A stretch of DNA of 64,000 nt from Lingula anatina. Taxonomy: Eukaryota > Animalia > Brachiopoda. Numbering within the stretch: the stretch's first letter is position 1; each line of letters starts with the position of its first letter. Positions 60,191 to 64,000 of this stretch are shown here, piece by piece. Below the pieces are notes generated by a model that ran no database searches, was not told the DNA's origin, and worked only from the letters and a program-made list of their open reading frames with translations. The stretch covers positions 16,426,587 to 16,490,586 of the forward strand of contig CM120648.1 of the NCBI GenBank assembly GCA_051362555.1. Reading direction: 5' to 3'. The translations under genes were made by a program, and so were the position numbers.

Positions 60191-61175
60191 TCTCCTAATA
60201 TTGTATAGGCATGATTTCAGGTTGTTCGGCAGCGATGACGATTGCGTTCAAAATGGGTTGTTTGCAGCATAACTCCCTTATGCTTTGTGATCTATGTGAA
60301 TAAACCTAGCTTACTAAATAACTATTACCAAAGTGAAGCATGGCTTTAGCAGTCCAAGATTTATTCAATATGGGCAGTTAACTTGGACCAGTCTTGTTTC
60401 ATTAACTTTGCGAATGAAAGTCTCCGTCGTCAACGTAAATTTCCAATATGATTTTACATCACTTATCTGATTTAACAATCTTATTGTTTAGGTTTTGTTT
60501 AAGGTTGTATGAGAAAAGATAATGATCGCGTTTAACAATAGATTGAGGGCTACAGTAAGTCCCTCCTCTTTGGGCGATGTCGAAGACTGTTAATTCAACG
60601 TACTTTCATAAACATGTAGTGTGACCACACTGTCAGCCATCCCCCTTGTTGCACGTTGCAAGCGATTTGTCTCATAACTATGACAAAGCGTTCTTTTTTC
60701 TCGTTGTTGTTTAAAAACGGACCACTTTGTCAAGGCTAATTGCTAAGCTCTTTGCGCGTCATATGTACTTAGCTCTTTGCGCGTCATATGTAAACGCTAA
60801 AATATGAATGTTATACCGGGTAGTTGATTGTTTTGCCCGGGCGCCGCACTTATGCTTTCTTACTAGAACAACTAAGTCGCTAGTTTTCCCTGTTTGTAAC
60901 TGTAGCAAAATATGTTCGACATGCCGGAGACACAGTAATTGTATAAGGCATGGTTTAAGCTTGTTCGAGAGATAATAACAGTCGCGTTTAACAAAAGATA
61001 GTAAGACCCCCTCCTCTTTAACTGATGTCTTACACTGTTGATATTGACCGCACTTTCATATATTATGTAATATACTGTCAGACTTCCCCCTGTTGCACGT
61101 TGGCGTTGGATTGTACTTGTGCCTCTGTCAATGCACCTCATTTAGTTTAACTATTTTTACCGCACAAACCTTTGT
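60191..61175 (+). repeat. Second copy of the 53637-56100 block, lacking the Tc1 insertion
   Basis: TGCTTTGTGATCTATGTGAATAAACC (~60281-60306) joins the two flanks of the Tc1 at 53744-54991. Confidence 0.8.
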
Positions 61176-64000
61176 GGTTTAGAGTTATTAGTTTAGTAGT
61201 AGGAATAGGATGCTTGGACAAAAAGTCAACTCGCTTAGACCTAGGGTGTGATGCTGTTATCATCCGAGGAAACACCTACACTGAATCCTCTACCTGAAGT
61301 CCCTAGCTGAAACAAAAAATGCCCCTTGAACCGGTCCATTTTTAAAGCGTCGAATCATTTTTGATATCATTGAGCGTCTTTAAACGAAAGCTTTTAAGTG
61401 ACAAAAACAGAACCGTGTGGTGATTATTTATTAAAGCGTAGGTTTATTCATCATGATCTATTTTGTAAACAATACTTGCCTAGATTTTACTTGGATTGAT
61501 CATCGTCACTGTTTGGCTACTCGCCTATAATGCGTGCTGAACGACAGACAACTTATAAATATTATCTGTGTTACTGTGTATATGACCACGTTAAGTTAAA
61601 AGAGAACGGTGTCGATGATTTAATCCATCCAACATATATTTCTATTTCTCCTTTTAAAACCAGTGTTAGGTTAACATCAAGTCAAAGCAAGCCTTGCAGA
61701 TTGATTTTGTTTAAATTTTCGTAAATTAAGTAAAGCTAAGTAAAGCCCGTTTCTAGTTCATCCACGCTATAAAACTGCATAAAGGATAACAAGTCTCTGT
61801 AGCCAATTAACTTTCACAATGGCCTGTGCTTTAGAGTCCCATGTTATACAATAAAATGAGTATGGCCTGGGAGAAATATAAATATGAGGCCGTGTATGAA
61901 GATGTTTCAAATAATAAAAAAACAAGAATTTAAACATGTTCGGTACATGCACATCACTTAATAAGTCATTTCACAAAAATGGCATCTTATTTTTCAGATA
62001 AACCTCCACTTTTATCGATCTCAACGCCTTGTCTGATGTTTACATGTAGGCGGTATACTCCAATATTAATTGCGAACAATATCAACAGCGACTCGAGATC
62101 GTTGCCTGTCTTTCACACTTTTACACAAACTCATGAAGGGTTAATAAAAGGATTCGCGTTGCGACAACTATCTCTTTCTTTCGGACAAGCAAATTAAGGG
62201 CTGACCCGATGTAAGCTTTCATAACTAATTTCTCTTTGACTGTACAGGGGTATATTGTAATTACCCCACTTGGTCGCCTCCATTGTCTTGTAACAGTGAC
62301 AAAGACTGTGTTTTCACACGCTAGTTTACATAACTCCTTTACCTTGTGTCTTTATCAAGGTTATAATCAGTTTGAATAGGTTGTCTTGCCTCACTTAAAA
62401 AAGGAGTTGTTCTTCACACTGGTTGTTGCCTAACTTATGCTAACCTACTTTGTACAATTATGGTTTTAATACATCGCCAAAATTATGACACTAGTGAACA
62501 TTGTGTATCAAACGTTTTGATACGATTGAATAAATGTGCAGGAAGGATTACGGAATGAGTTACTATTTACCCCCCCCCCCCACGCGCCCCCCAAAAAATG
62601 CTCTTTTAATTTGAAATGAATTTGTTTTTAACGCAAAGAAGTCCAAAACTCCTTTCACGACTCAGTCATTGTACAGCATGTTGTAATCGATATTTAAAAA
62701 AGTTAATTTTTGTACCCCGCCTTTCAGTGTTTATTGTGGTGCTTGCTTTCATCGGGGACACTGCCTGTTGAGGTTACAATTACGTGGCTAGCCTATCTCC
62801 ATAGGTTACTGGAATATATCTAAGTACACGTAAAGCTTTGTAAAGTCTCTTTTGTCACACATCATAGTTATTGAATTTTGTCTTGAATGAAAAAATACCC
62901 TCAAATTATCGTTTTGTGCTTAAACATTTCATAACTTGGACCGAAGTTTGATATACAGTGTACTGTAGCTACAATGGCATTCCTCAAGTTGGGTCTGCTG
63001 GGGGAGGGGGGCATTTAAATGGTAAACGAAGAAGTCCACCTGTAAACAGCAACGGTTTAAATGATCGCTATCTCGGTTCCTTTTTCTTTGACAGCATCAT
63101 AGAAAATGTTAAGGGAGAAAGTCACACATACCCACGGCGTTGTTTTGTCTTCAGCATTTCCTCCTTCTTGCTTACTGCAATTATTATCGTCAATTAATGA
63201 AACCGAGAAAGCAATTAAATGATGGCACATTGAATATAATCACTAGGTGCATTTCGCTGAGTGTTAACAAGATCTAGCGAAACATTTTATTTCAAAATAA
63301 ATTTATATGTGATTTTACCTCTGTCGTGTGTGTTATTTCAAACAAAACGATTTCCTGAAAGACCAACTTTAAAATGTATGTCTATTCAGCAAAATAATGT
63401 AATTAAATACAACTATGAGTAATGTATTTAAACTACGGCCGTATATGCGATGGCCATGTGGGATTATAATTGCATACCTTCATGCAAAACAGTCTATCGT
63501 TTCTTCCACCGCGAGTCCCTTTAATTAATGTATTATATTACTCTTTACCCTTTTTATTTGACACTGTCTCCGTTTCTCTCCCCTTTTCCTTTCTCTTGTA
63601 AGAAGGAGGGCAAATAATTAAGCATTCGAAATATGCATCACCAATCTTCAGAAAAGAATGAGTGAATGAACCATTGGGCTGGCCCACAACGTCCGACACA
63701 GCAGAATAAATTAAGTAACAGCTTTCACAGATTTAACTGCATTTAGCTGTATAGCGTCACTATATACATAATCCGCTGCACGCGCGAGGCTGTTGAACAA
63801 AAGGATAGTTCTCTATGGAAGACCTTTTGTTTACATAAGTACTCTAAGGGGGCGTGCCTACCCAGGCGACAAGAGGATAAGGCTAGTCACTATATTCCGT
63901 CAAAATCGTTTAGCGACCCTATCATTATCACACTCCCTCTATTGTATTTTCTGACGTTATAATTGTATCTAATCTTCTTACGTTAGATGGAATAAATGCA

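Overview
Eukaryotic, AT-rich, intron-rich animal DNA, probably from a marine invertebrate (inferred from the gene families and transposon types; species not determinable). The left half holds a rearranged Ty3/gypsy element (5' LTR, PBS and intact gag joined to an inverted, identical 185-bp piece of its own 3' LTR), an 18-exon astacin metalloprotease with an EGF/CCP/HYR tail (+), a 5-exon GPR157-like 7TM gene (-), and a 2-exon mucin-EGF-FN3 type I membrane protein with a ~620-aa disordered tail (-). The right half is a transposon-rich, duplicated locus that looks immune-related. It holds a 5'-truncated (ZU5 remnant)-UPA-Death-CARD gene whose Death+CARD cassette is present three times. About 21 kb downstream, a paralogous copy of the same upstream region instead precedes an NHL beta-propeller exon that ends in a splice donor. 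The most interesting hypothesis is a PIDD/UNC5CL-like receptor family (NHL sensor-ZU5-UPA-[DD-CARD]n) evolving by cassette duplication. Also present are an RT-deleted BEL/Pao element, Tc1 relics, Harbinger-type and other MITEs, and an Academ-like relic. All domain calls come from motif recognition by eye, with no database search.
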